From Eledone cirrhosa (Eukaryota): DNA of 64,000 nucleotides. This document shows, in pieces, positions 29,101-44,300 of this stretch. Where the stretch lies: assembly GCA_964016885.1 (NCBI GenBank), contig OZ024740.1, forward strand, positions 401,202,001 to 401,266,000. The letters run 5' to 3'. The position numbers and the translations under genes were made by a program. Each line of letters starts with the position of its first letter. Position 1 is the first letter of the stretch. The notes beneath the pieces are model-generated. The model was not told the origin of the DNA. It made no database searches and was given only the letters and a program-made list of their open reading frames with translations.

Positions 29101-32100
29101 CACCATGTAGAATCAATTCAACATAGAACATTACGTAGAATCAGTACAACATAGAACACTATGTAGAATCAGTACAACATAGAACACTATGTAGAATCAG
29201 TACATCATAGAACACTATGTAGAATCAGTACAGTATAGAACACTATGTAGAATCAGTACAATATAGAACACTATGTAGAATCAGTAAGTATAGAACACTA
29301 TGTAGAATCAGTACAATATAGAACACTATTTAGAATCAGTACAGTATAGAACACTATGTAGAATCAGTACAGTTTAGAACATTATATAGAATCAGTACAA
29401 TATAGAACACTATATAGAATCAGTAAGTATAGAACACTATGTAGAATCAGTACAATATAGAACACTATGTAGAATCAGAACACTATAGAACACTATGTAG
29501 AATCAGTACAGTATAGAACACTATGTAGGATCAGAACACTATAGAACGCTATATTTAAATCAGTACAACATAGAACACCATGCAGAATCAACTAAAAATA
29601 GAACATTACGTAGAATCAGTACAACATAGAACACTATGTAGAATCAGTACAATATAGAACACTGTGTATAATCAGTACAGTATAGAACACTATGTAGAAT
29701 CAGTACAACATAGAACACTATGCATAATCAGTACAGTATAGACCACTATGTAGAATCACTAAAACATTGAACACTATGTAGAATCAACACAACATAGAAC
29801 ACTATGTAGAATCAGTACACTATAGAACACTATGTAGAATCAGTACAACATAAAACACTATGTAGACTCAGTACAACATAGAACACCATGTAGAATCAGT
29901 ACAGTATAGAACACTATGTAGAATCAGTACAGTATAGAACACTATGTAGAATCAGTACAACATAGAACACTATGTAGAATCAGTACAGCATAGAACACTA
30001 TGTAGAATCAGTACAACATAGAACACCATGTAGAATCAATTCAACATAGAACATTGCGTAGAATCAGTACAACATAGAACACTATGTAGAATCAGTACAA
30101 CATAGAACACTATGTAGAATCAGTACATCATAGAACACTATGTAGAATCAGTACAGTATAGAACACTATGTAGAATCAGTACAATATAGAACACTATGTA
30201 GAATCAGTAAGTATAGAACACTATGTAGAATCAGTACAGTATAGAACACTATTTAGAATCAGTACAGTATAGAACACTATGTAGAATCAGTACAGTATAG
30301 AACACTATGTAGAATCAGTACAGTATAGAACACTATGTAGAATCAGTACAACATAGAACACTATGTAGAATCAGTACAACATAGAACACTATGTAGAATC
30401 AGTACAGTATAGAACACTATGTAGAATCAGTACAACATAGAACACTATGTAGAATCAGTACAACATAGAACACTATGTAGAATCAGTACAACATAGAACA
30501 CCATGTAGAATCAATTCAACATAGAACATTACGTAGAATCAGTACACTATAGAACACTATGTAGAATCAGTACAGTATAGAACACTATGTAGAATCAGTG
30601 CAGTATAGAACACTATGTTGAATCAGTACAGTATAGAGCACTATGTAGAATCAGTACAACATAGAACACTATGTAGAATCAGAACACTATAGAACACTAT
30701 GTAGAATCAGTACAGTATAGAACACTATGTAGGATCAGAACACTATAGAACACTATGTAAAATCAGTACAACATAGAACACTATGTAGAATCAGTACAAC
30801 ATAGAACACCATGTAGAATCAATTCAACATAGAACATTACGTAGAATCAGTACAACATAGAACACTATGTAGAATCAGTACAGTATAGAACACTATGTAG
30901 AATCAGAACAGTATAGAACACTATGTAGAACCAGTACGACATAGAACACTATGTAGAATCAGTACAGTATAGAACACTATGTATAATCAGTACAGTATAG
31001 AACACTATGTAGAATCAGTACAACATAGAACACCATGTAGAATCAACTAAAAACAGAACATTACATAGAATCAGTACAACATAGAACACTATGTAGAATC
31101 GGTACAACATAGAACACTATGTAGAATCAGTACAACATAGAACACTATGTAGAATCAGCACAGCATAGAACACTATGTAGAATCAATACAACATAGAACA
31201 CTATGTAGAATTAGTACAGTATAGAACACTATGTAGAATCAGTACAGTATAGAACACTATGTAGAATCAGTACATCATAGAACACTATGTAGAATCAGTA
31301 CAGTATAGAATACTATGTAGAATCAGTACAGTATAGAACACTATGTAGAATCAGTACAGTATAGAACACTATGTAGAATCAGTACGACATAGACCACTAT
31401 GTAGAATCAGTACAGTATAGACCACTATGTAGAATCAGTACAGTATAGGACACTATGTAGAATCAGTACAGTATAGAACACTATGTAGAATCAGTACAGT
31501 ATAGAACACTATGTAGAATCAGTACAACATAGAACACTATGTATAATCAGTACAGTATAGACCACTATGTAGAATCACTAAAACATTGAACACTATGTAG
31601 AATCAACACAACATAGAACACTATGTAGAATCAGTACAGTATAGACCACTATGTAGAATCAGTACAGTATAGGACACTATGTAGTATCAGTACAGTATAG
31701 AACACTATATTGCATCAGTACAACATAGAACACCATTAAGAATCAACTAAAAATAGAACATTACGTAGAATCAGTACAACATAGAACACTATGTAGAATC
31801 AGTACAATATAGAACACTGTGTATAATCAGTACAGTATAGAACACTATGTAGAATCAGTACAACATAGAACACTATGCATAATCAGTACAGTATAGACCA
31901 CTATGTAGAATCACTAAAACATTGAACACTATGTAGAATCAACACAACATAGAACACTATGTAGAATCAGTACACTATAGAACACTATGTAGAATCAGTA
32001 CAACATAGAACACTATGTAGACTCAGTACAACATAGAACACCATGTAGAATCAGTACAGTATAGAACACTATGTAGAATCAGTACAGTATAGAACACTAT

Positions 32101-33950
32101 GTAGAATCAGTACAACATAGAACACTATGTAGAATCAGCACAGCATAGAACACTATGTAGAATCAGTACAACATAGAACACTTTGTAGAATTAGTACAGT
32201 ATAGAACACTATGTAGGTTCAATACAATATAGAACACTATGTAGAATCAGTACATCGTAGATCACTATGTAGAATCAATACAACATAGAGCACTATGTAG
32301 AATCAGTACAGTATAGAACACTATGTAGAATCAGTACAGTATAGAACACTATGTAGAATCAGTACAACATAGAACACTGTGTAGAATCAGTACAATATAG
32401 AACACTGTGTATAATCAGTACAGTATAGAACATTATGTAGAATCAGTACAACATAGAACACTATGTAGAATATGAACCACATAGAACACTATGTAGAATA
32501 AATTCAACATAGAACATTACGTAGAATCAGTACAACATAGAATACTATGTAGAATCAGTACAGTATAGAACACTATGTAGAATCAGTAAGTATAGAGCAC
32601 TATGTAGAATCAGTACAGTATAGAACACTATGTAGAATCTGTACAATATAGAACACTATGTAGAATCAGTAAGTATAGAACACTATGTAGAATCAGTACA
32701 GTATAGAACACTATGCAGAATCAGTACAACATAGAACACTATGTAGAATCAGTACAGTATAGAACACTATGTAGAATCAGTACACTATAAAACACTATGT
32801 AAAATCAGTACAACATAGAACACTATGTAGAATCAGTACAACATAGAACACTATGTAGAATCAGTACAACATAGAACACCATGTAGAATCAATTCAACAT
32901 AGAACATTACGTAGAATCAGTACAACATAGAAGACTATGTAGAATCAGTACAACATAGAACACTATGTAGAATCAGTACATCATAGAACACTATGTAGAA
33001 TCAGTACAGTATAGAACACTATGTAGAATCAGTACAATATAGAACACTATGTAGAATCAGTAAGTATAGAACACTATGTAGAATCAGTACAATATAGAAC
33101 ACTATTTAGAATCAGTACAGTATAGAACACTATGTAGAATCAGTACAGTATAGAACACTATATAGAATCAGTACAATATAGAACACTATATAGAATCAGT
33201 AAGTATAGAACACTATGTAGAATCAGTACACTATAGAACACTATGTAGAATCAGTACAGTATAGAACACTATGTAGAATCAGTACAGTATAGAACACTAT
33301 TTAGAATCAGTACAGTATAGAACACTATGTAGAATCAGTACAGTTTAGAACATTATATAGAATCAGTACAATATAGAACACTATATAGAATCAGTAAGTA
33401 TAGAACACTATGTAGAATCAGTACAATATAGAACACTATGTAGAATCAGAACACTATAGAACACTATGTAGAATCAGTACAGTATAGAACACTATGTAGG
33501 ATCAGAACACTATAGAACGCTATATTTAAATCAGTACAACATAGAACACCATGCAGAATCAACTAAAAATAGAACATTACGTAGAATCAGTACAACATAG
33601 AACACTATGTAGAATCAGTACAATATAGAACACTGTGTATAATCAGTACAGTATAGAACACTATGTAGAATCAGTACAACATAGAACACTATGCATAATC
33701 AGTACAGTATAGACCACTATGTAGAATCACTAAAACATTGAACACTATGTAGAATCAACACAACATAGAACACTATGTAGAATCAGTACACTATAGAACA
33801 CTATGTAGAATCAGTACAACATAAAACACTATGTAGACTCAGTACAACATAGAACACCATGTAGAATCAGTACAGTATAGAACACTATGTAGAATCAGTA
33901 CAGTATAGAACACTATGTAGAATCAGTACAACATAGAACACTATGTAGAA
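26200..33950 (+). repeat. Tandem higher-order duplication, unit about 3.8-4.0 kb, with a partial third copy at about 23.8-25.7 kb
   Basis: ATTGCG 26277/30053 and AGTGCAG 26821/30597 give an offset of 3,776. ATAGAACGCTATATTT 29541/33512 gives 3,971, i.e. 7 extra monomers. AATCTGTAC occurs at about 25451, 28860 and 32637. Confidence 0.87.
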
Positions 33951-36900
33951 TCAGCACAGCATAGAACACTATGTAGAATCAGTACAACATAGAACACTTT
34001 GTAGAATTAGTACAGTATAGAACACTATGTAGGTTCAATACAATATAGAACACTATGTAGAATCAGTACATCGTAGATCACTATGTAGAATCAATACAAC
34101 ATAGAGCACTATGTAGAATCAGTACAGTATAGAACACTATGTAGAATCAGTACAGTATAGAACACTATGTAGAATCAGTACAACATAGAACACTGTGTAG
34201 AATCAGTACAATATAGAACACTGTGTATAATCAGTACAGTATAGAACATTATGTAGAATCAGTAAAACATAGAACACTATGTAGAATATGTACCACATAG
34301 AACACTATGTAGAATCAATTCAACATAGAACATTACGTAGAATCAGTACAACATAGAACACTATGTAGAATCAGTACAGTATAGAACACTATGTAGAATC
34401 AGTAAGTATAGAGCACTATGTAGAATCAGTACAGTATAGAACACTATGTAGAATCAGTACAATATAGAACACTATGTAGAATCAGTAAGTATAGAACACT
34501 ATGTAGAATCAGTACAGTATAGAACACTATGCAGAATCAGTACAACATAGAACACTATGTAGAATCAGTACAGTATAGAACACTATGTAGAATCAGTACA
34601 CTATAAAACACTATGTAAAATCAGTACAACATAGAACACTATGTAGAATCAGTACAACATAGATCACTATGTAGAATCAGTACAACATAGAACACCATGT
34701 AGAATCAATTCAACATAGAACATTACGTAGAATCAGTACAACATAGAACACTATGTAGAATCAGTACAACATAGAACACTATGTAGAATCAGTACATCAT
34801 AGAACACTATGTAGAATCAGTACAGTATAGAACACTATGTAGAATCAGTACAATATAGAACACTATATAGAATCAGTAAGTATAGAACACTATGTAGAAT
34901 CAGTACACTATAGAACACTATGTAGAATCAGTACAGTATAGAACACAATGTAGAATCAGTACAGTATAGAACACTATTTAGAATCAGTACAGTATAGAAC
35001 ACTATGTAGAATCAGTACAGTTTAGAACATTATATAGAATCAGTACAATATAGAACACTATATAGAATCAGTAAGTATAGAACACTATGTAGAATCAGTA
35101 CACTATAGAACACTATGTAGAATCAGTACAGTATAGAACACTATGTAGAATCAGTACAGTATAGAACACTATGTAGAATCAGTACAGTATAGAACACTAT
35201 GTAGAATCAGTACAACATAGAACACTATGTAGAATCAGAACACTATAGAACACTATGTAGAATCAGTACAGTATAGAACACTATGTAGGATCAGAACACT
35301 ATAGAACACTATGTTTAAATCAGTACAACATAGAACACTATGTAGAATCAGTACAACATAGAACACCATGTAGATTCAATTCAACATAGAACACTATGTA
35401 GAATCAGTACAACATAGAACACTATGTAGAATCAGTACAGTATAGAACACTATGTAGAATCAGTAAGTATAGAGCACTATGTAGAATCAGTACAGTATAG
35501 AACACTATGTACAATCAGTACAATATAGAACACTATGTAGAATCAGTAAGTATAGAACACTATGTAGAATCAGTACAGTATAGAACACTATGTAGAATCA
35601 GTACACTATAGAACACTATGTAGAATTAGTAAGTATAGAACACTATGTAGAATCAGTACAGTATAGAACACTATGTAGAATCAGTACAATATAGAACACT
35701 ATGTAGAATCAGTAAGTATAGAACACTATGTAGAATCAGTACAGTATAGAACACTATGCAGAATCAGTACAACATAGAACACTATGTAGAATCAGTACAG
35801 TATAGAACACTATGTAGAATCAGTACACTATAGAACACTATGTAGAATCAGTACAACATAGAACACCATGTAGAATCAATTCAACATAGAACATTACGTA
35901 GAATCAGTACAACATAGAACACTATGTAGAATCAGTACAACATAGAACACTATGTAGAATCAGTACATCATAGAACACTATGTAGAATCAGTACAGTATA
36001 GAGCACTATGTAGAATCAGTACAATATAGAACACTATGTAGAATCAGTAAGTATAGAACACTATGTAGAATCAGTACAGTATAGAACACTATTTAGAATC
36101 AGTACAGTATAGAACACTATGTAGAATCAGTACAGTATAGAACACTATATAGAATCAGTACAATATAGAACACTATATAGAATCAGTAAGTATAGAACAC
36201 TATGTAGAATCAGTACACTATAGAACACTATGTAGAATCAGTACAGTATAGAACACTATGTAGAATCAGTACAGTATAGAACACTATGTAGAATCAGTAC
36301 AGTATAGAACACTATGTAGAATCAGTACAATATAGAACACTATGTAGAATCAGTAAGTATAGAACACTATGTAGAATCAGTACAATATAGAACACTATTT
36401 AGAATCAGTACGGTATAGAACACTATGTAGAATCAGTACAGTATAGAACACTATATAGAATCAGTACAATATAGAACACTATATAGAATCAGTAAGTATA
36501 GAACACTATGTAGAATCAGTACACTATAGAACACTATGTAGAATCAGTACAGTATAGAACACTATGTAGAATCAGTACAGTATAGAACACTATTTAGAAT
36601 CAGTACAGTATAGAACACTATGTAGAATCAGTACAGTTTAGAACATTATATAGAATCAGTACAATATAGAACACTATATAGAATCAGTAAGTATAGAACA
36701 CTATGTAGAATCAGTACACTATAGAACACTATGTAGAATCAGTACAGTATAGAACACTATGTAGAATCAGTACACTATAGAACACTATGTAGAATCAGTA
36801 CAGTATAGAACACTATGTAGGATCAGAACACTATAGAACACTATGTTTAAATCAGTACAACATAGAACACTATGTAGAATCAGTACAACATAGAACACCA

Positions 36901-38369
36901 TGTAGAATCAATTCAACATAGAGCATTACGTAGAATCAGTACAACATAGAACACTATGTAGAATCAGTACAGTATAGAACACTATGTAGAATCAGAACAG
37001 TATAGAACACTATGTAGAACCAGTACGACATAGAACACTATGTAGAATCAGTACAGTATAGAACACTATGTATAATCAGTACAGTATAGAACACTATGTA
37101 GAATCAGTACAACATAGAACACCATGTAGAATCAATTCAACATAGAACATTACGTAGAATCAGTACAACATAGAACACTATGTAGAATCAGTACAGTATA
37201 GAACACTATGTAGAATCAGTAAGTATAGAGCACTATGTAGAATCAGTACAGTATAGAACACTATGTACAATCAGGACAATATAGAACACTATGTAGAATC
37301 AGTAAGTATAGAACACTATGTAGAATCAGTACAGTATAGAACACTATGTAGAATCAGTACACTATAGAACACTATGTAGAATTAGTAAGTATAGAACACT
37401 ATGTAGAATCAGTACAGTATAGAACACTATGTAGAATCAGTACAATATAGAACACTATGTAGAATCAGGAAGTATAGAACACTATGTAGAATCAGTACAG
37501 TATAGAACACTATGCAGAATCAGTACAACATAGAACACTATGTAGAATCAGTACAGTATAGAACACTATGTAGAATCAGTACACTATAGAACACTATGTA
37601 AAATCAGTACAACATAGAACACTATGTAGAATCAGTACAGCATAGAACACTATGTAGAATCAGTACAACATAGAACACCATGTAGAATCAATTCAACATA
37701 GAACATTACGTAGAATCAGTACAACATAGAACACTATGTAGAATCAGTACATCATAGAACACTATGTAGAATCAGTACAGTATAGAACACTATGTAGAAT
37801 CAGTACAATATAGAACACTATGTAGAATCAGTAAGTATAGAACACTATGTAGAATCAGTACAGTATAGAACACTATTTAGAATCAGTACAGTATAGAACA
37901 CTATGTAGAATCAGTACAGTATAGAACACTATATAGAATCAGTACAATATAGAACACTATATAGAATCAGTAAGTATAGAACACTATGTAGAATCAGTAC
38001 ACTATAGAACACTATGTAGAATCAGTACAGTATAGAACACTATGTAGAATCAGTACAGTATAGAACACTATGTAGAATCAGTACAGTATAGAACACTATG
38101 TAGAATCAGTACAACATAGAACACTATGTAGAATCAGTACAACATAGAACACTATGTAGAATCAGTACAGTATAGAACACTATGTAGAATCAGTACAACA
38201 TAAAACACTATGTAGAATCAGTCCAACATAGAACACTATGTAGAATCAGTACAACATAGAACACTATGTAGAATCAGTACAACATAGAACACCATGTAGA
38301 ATCAATTCAACATAGAACATTACGTAGAATCAGTACAACATAGAACACTATGTAGAATCAGTACAGTAT

Positions 38370-41300
38370 AGAACACTATGTAGCACCAGTACAACATAGA
38401 ACACTAGAACACTATGTAGAACCAGTACAGTATAGAACACTACGTATAATCAGTACAGTATAGAACACTATGTAGAGTCAGTAAGTATAGAACACTATGT
38501 AGAAGCAGTACAACATAGAACACCATGTAGAATCAACTAAAAATAGAACATTACTTAGAATCAGTACAACATAGAACACTATGTAGAATCGGTACAGTAT
38601 AGAGCACTATGTAGAATCAGTACAACATAGAACACTATGTAGAATCAGCACAACATAGAACACTATGTAGAATGAGAACACTATAGAACACTATGTAGAA
38701 TCAGTACAGTATAGAACACTATGTAGGATCAGAACACTATAGAACACTATGTAAAATCAGTACATCATAGAACACTATGTAGAATCAGTACAGTATTGAA
38801 CACTATGTAGAATCAGTACAGTATAGAACACTATGTAGAATCAGTACAGTATAGAACACTATGTAGAATCAGTACAGTATAGAACATTATGTAGAATCAG
38901 TACAACATAGAACACTATGTAGAATATGTACCACATAGGTCACTATGTAGAATCAATTCAACATAGAACATTACGTAGAATCAGTACAACATAGAACACT
39001 ATGTAGAATCAGTACAGTATAGAACACTATGTAGAATCAATAAGTATAGAGCACTATGTAGAATCAGTACAGTATAGAACACTATGTAGAATCAGTACAC
39101 TATAGAACACTATGTAGAATTAGTAAGTATAGAACACTATGTAGAATCAGTACAGTATAGAACACTATGTAGAATCAGTACAATATAGAACACTATGTAG
39201 AATCAGTAAGTATAGAACACTATCTAGAATCAGTACAGTATAGAACACTATGCAGAATCAGTACAACATAGAACACTATGTAGAATCAGTACAGTATAGA
39301 ACACTATGTAGAATCAGTACACTATAGAACACTATGTAAAATCAGTACAACATAGAACACTATGTAGAATCAGTACAGCATAGAACACTATGTAGAATCA
39401 GTACAACATAGAACACCATGTAGAATCAATTCAACATAGAACATTACGTAGAATCAGTACAACATAGAACACTATGTAGAATCAGTACAACATAGAACAC
39501 TATGTAGAATCAGTACATCATAGAACACTATGTAGAATCAGTACAGTATAGAACACTATGTAGAATCAGTACAATATAGAACACTATGTAGAATCAGTAA
39601 GTATAGAACACTATGTAGAATCAGTACAGTATAGAACACTATTTAGAATCAGAACAGTATAGAACACTATGTAGAATCAGTACAGTATAGAACACTATGT
39701 AGAATCAGTACAGTATAGAACACTATGTAGAATCAGTACAACATAGAACACTATGTAGAATCAGTACAACATAGAACACTATGTAGAATCAGTACAGTAT
39801 AGAACACTATGTAGAATCAGTACAACATAAAACACGATGTAGAATCAGTCCAACATAGAACACTATGTAGAATCAGTACAACATAGAACACTATGTAGAA
39901 TCAGTACAACATAGAACACCATGTAGAATCAATTCAACATAGAACATTACGTAGAATCAGTACAACATAGAACACTATGTAGAATCAGTACAGTATAGAA
40001 CACTATGTAGAATCAGAACAGTATAGAACACTATGTAGCACCAGTACAACATAGAACACTAGAACACTATGTAGAACCAGTACAGTATAGAACACTACGT
40101 ATAATCAGTACAGTATAGAACACTATGTAGAGTCAGTAAGAATAGAACACTATGTAGAAGCAGTACAACATAGAACACCATGTAGAATCAACTAAAAATA
40201 GAACATTACGTAGAATCAGTACAACATAGAACACTATGTAGAATCGGTACAGTATAGAGCACTATGTAGAATCAGTACAACATAGAACACTATGTAGAAT
40301 CAGCACAACATAGAACACTATGTAGAATGAGAACACTATAGAACAATATGTAGAATTAGTACAGTATAGAACACTATGTAGGATCAGAACACTATAGAAC
40401 ACTATGTAAAATCAGTACATCATAGAACACTATGTAGAATCAGTACAGTATAGAACACTATGTAGAATCAGTACAGTATAGAACACTATGTAGAATCAGT
40501 ACAGTATAGAACACTATGTAGAATCAGAACACTATAGAACACTATGTAGAATCAGTACAGTATAGAACACTATGTAGTATCAGTACAACATAGAACACTA
40601 TGTAGAATCAGCACAACATAGAACACTATGTAGAATCAATACAACATAGAACACTATGTAGAATCAGTACAACATAGAACACTATGTAGAATAAGTACAG
40701 TATAGAGCACTATGTAGAATCAGTACAACATAGAACACTACGTAGAATCAATACAACATAGAACACTATGTAGAATCAGCACAACATAGAACACTATGTA
40801 GAATCAATACAACATAGAGCACTATGTAGAATCAGTACAACATAGAACACTATGTAGAATCAGCAAAACATAGAAAACTATGTAGAATCAATACAACATA
40901 GAACACTATGTAGAATCAGTACAACATAGAACACTATGTAGAATCAGCACACCATAGAACACTATGTAGAATCAATACAACATAGAACACTATATAGAAT
41001 CAGTACAACATAGAACACAATGTAGAATCAGTACAGTATAGAGCACTATGTAGAATCAGTACAACATAGAACACTACGTAGAATCAATACAACATAGAAC
41101 ACTATGTAGAATCAGCACAACATAGAACACTATGTAGAATCAATACAACATAGAGCACTATGTAGAATCAGTACAACATAGAACACTATGTAGAATCAGC
41201 AAAACATAGAAAACTGTGTAGAATCAATACAACATAGAACACTATGTAGAATCAGTACAACATAGAACACTATGTACAATCATTACAGTATAGAACACTA

Positions 41301-44300
41301 TGTAGAATCAGTACAACATAGAACACTATGTAGAATCAGGACAGTATAGACTATTATGCAGAATCAGTGCAGTATAGAACACTATGTAGAATCAGTACAA
41401 CATAGAACACTATGTAGAATCAACACAACATAGAACGCTAGGTAGAATCCGCACAACATAGAACACTATGTAGAATCAGTACAGTATAGAACACTATGTA
41501 GAATCAGTACAGTATAGAACACTATGTAGAATCAGTACAGTATAGAACATCATGTAGAATCAGTACAGTATAAAACACTATGTAGAATCAGTACAACATT
41601 GAACACTATCTAGAAACTGTGCATCATAGAACACTATGTAGAATCAGTACAGTAGAGAAAACTATTTAGAATCAGTACACTATAGAACACTATGTAGAAC
41701 CAGTACTGTATAGAACACTATGTAGAATCAGTACAGTATAGAACACTATTTAGAATCAGTACGGTATAGAACACTATGTAGAATCAGTACAGTTTAGAAC
41801 ATTATATCGAATCAGTACAATATAGAACACTATATAGAATCAGTAAGTATAGAACACTATGTAGAAGCAGTACACTATAGAACACTATGTAGAATCAGTA
41901 CATTATAGAACACTATGTAGAATCAGTACAGTATAGAACACTATGTAGAATCAGTACAGTATAGAACACTATGTAGAATCAGTACAACATAGACCACTAT
42001 GTAGAATCAGTACAGTATAGACCACTATGTAGAATCAGTACAATATAGGACACTATGTAGAATCAGTACAGTATAGAACACTATGTAGAATCAGTACAGT
42101 ATAGTACACTATGTAGAATCAGTACAACATAGAACACTATGTATAATCAGTACAGTATAGACCACTATGTAGAATCACTAAAACATTGAACACTATGTAG
42201 AATCAACACAACATAGAACACTATGTAGAATCAGTACAGTATAGAACACTATGTATAATCAGTACAGTATAGAACATCATGTAGAATCAGTACAGTATAG
42301 AACACTATGTAGAATCAGTACAACATTGAACACTATCTAGAAACTGTGCATCATAGAACACTTTGTAGAATCAGTACAGTAGAGAAAACTATTTAGAATC
42401 AGTACACTATAGAACACTATGTAAAATCAGTACAACATAGAACACTATGTAGAATCAGTACAGTATAGAACACTATGTAGAATCAGTACAGTATAGAACA
42501 CTATGTAGAATCAGTACAGTATAGAACACTATTTAGAATCAGTAAGTATAGAACACTATGTAGAATCAGTACAGTTTAGAACATTATATAGAATCAGTAC
42601 AATATAGAACACTATATAGAATCAGTAAGTATAGAACACTATGTAGAATCAGTACAGTATAGAACACTATGTAGAATCAGTACAGTATAGAACACTATGT
42701 AGAATCAGTACAGTATAGAACACTATGTAGAATCAGTACAACATAGAACACTATGTAGAATCAGAACACTATAGAACACTATGTTTAAATCAGTACAACA
42801 TAGAACACTATGTAGAATCAGTACAACATAGAACACCATGTAGAATCAATTCAACATAGAACATTACGTAGAATCAGTACAACATAGAACACTATGTAGA
42901 ATCAGTACAGTATAGAACACTATGTAGAATCAGAACAGTATAGAACACTATGTAGAACCAGTACGACATAGAACACTATGTAGAATCAGTACAGTATAGA
43001 ACACTATGTATAATCAGTGCAGTATAGAACACTATGTAGAATCAGTACAACATAGAACACCATGTAGAATCAACTAAAAACAGAACATTACATAGAATCA
43101 GTACAACATAGAACACTATGTAGAATCGGTACAACATAGAACACTATGTAGAATCAGTACAACATAGAACACTATGTAGAATCAGCACAGCATAGAACAC
43201 TCTGTAGAATCAATACAACATAGAACACTATGTAGAATTAGTACAGTATAGAACACTATGTAGAATCAGTACACTATAGAACACTATGTAGAATCAGTAC
43301 AGTATAGAACACTATGTAGAATCAGTACAGTATAGAACACTATGTAGAATCAGTACAGTATAGAACACTATGTAGAATCAGTACAACATAGAACACTATG
43401 TAGAATCAGAACACTATAGAACACTATGTAGAATCAGTACAGTATAGAACACTATGTAGGATCAGAACACTATGTAAAATCAGTACAACATAGAACACTA
43501 TGTAGAATCAGTACAACATAGAACACCATGTAGAATCAATTCAACATAAAACATTACGTAGAATCAGTACAACATAGAACACTATGTAGAATCAGTACAG
43601 TATAGAACACTATGTAGAATCAGAACAGTATAGAACACTATGTAGAACCAGTACGACATAGAACACTATGTAGAATCAGTACAGTATAGAACACTATGTA
43701 TAATCAGTACAGTATAGAACACTATGTAGAATCAGTACAACATAGAACACCATGTAGAATCAACTAAAAACAGAACATTACATAGAATCAGTACAACATA
43801 GAACACTATGTAGAATCGGTACAACATAGAACACTATGTAAAATCAGTACAACATAGAACACTATGTAGAATCAGCACAGCATAGAACACTATGTAGAAT
43901 CAATACAACATAGAACACTATGTAGAATTAGTACAGTATAGAACACTATGTAGAATCAGTACAGTATAGAACACTATGTAGAATCAGTACATCATAGAAC
44001 ACTATGCAGAATCAGTACAGTATAGAATACTATGTAGAATCAGTACAGTATAGAACACTATGTAGAATCAGTACAGTATAGAACACTATGTAGAATCAGT
44101 ACAACATAGACCACTATGTAGAATCAGTACAGTATAGACCACTATGTAGAATCAGTACAGTATAGGACACTATGTAGAATCAGTACAGTATAGAACACTA
44201 TGTAGAATCAGTACAGTATAGTACACTATGTAGAATCAGTACAACATAGAACACTATGTATAATTAGTACAGTATAGACCACTATGTAGAATCACTAAAA

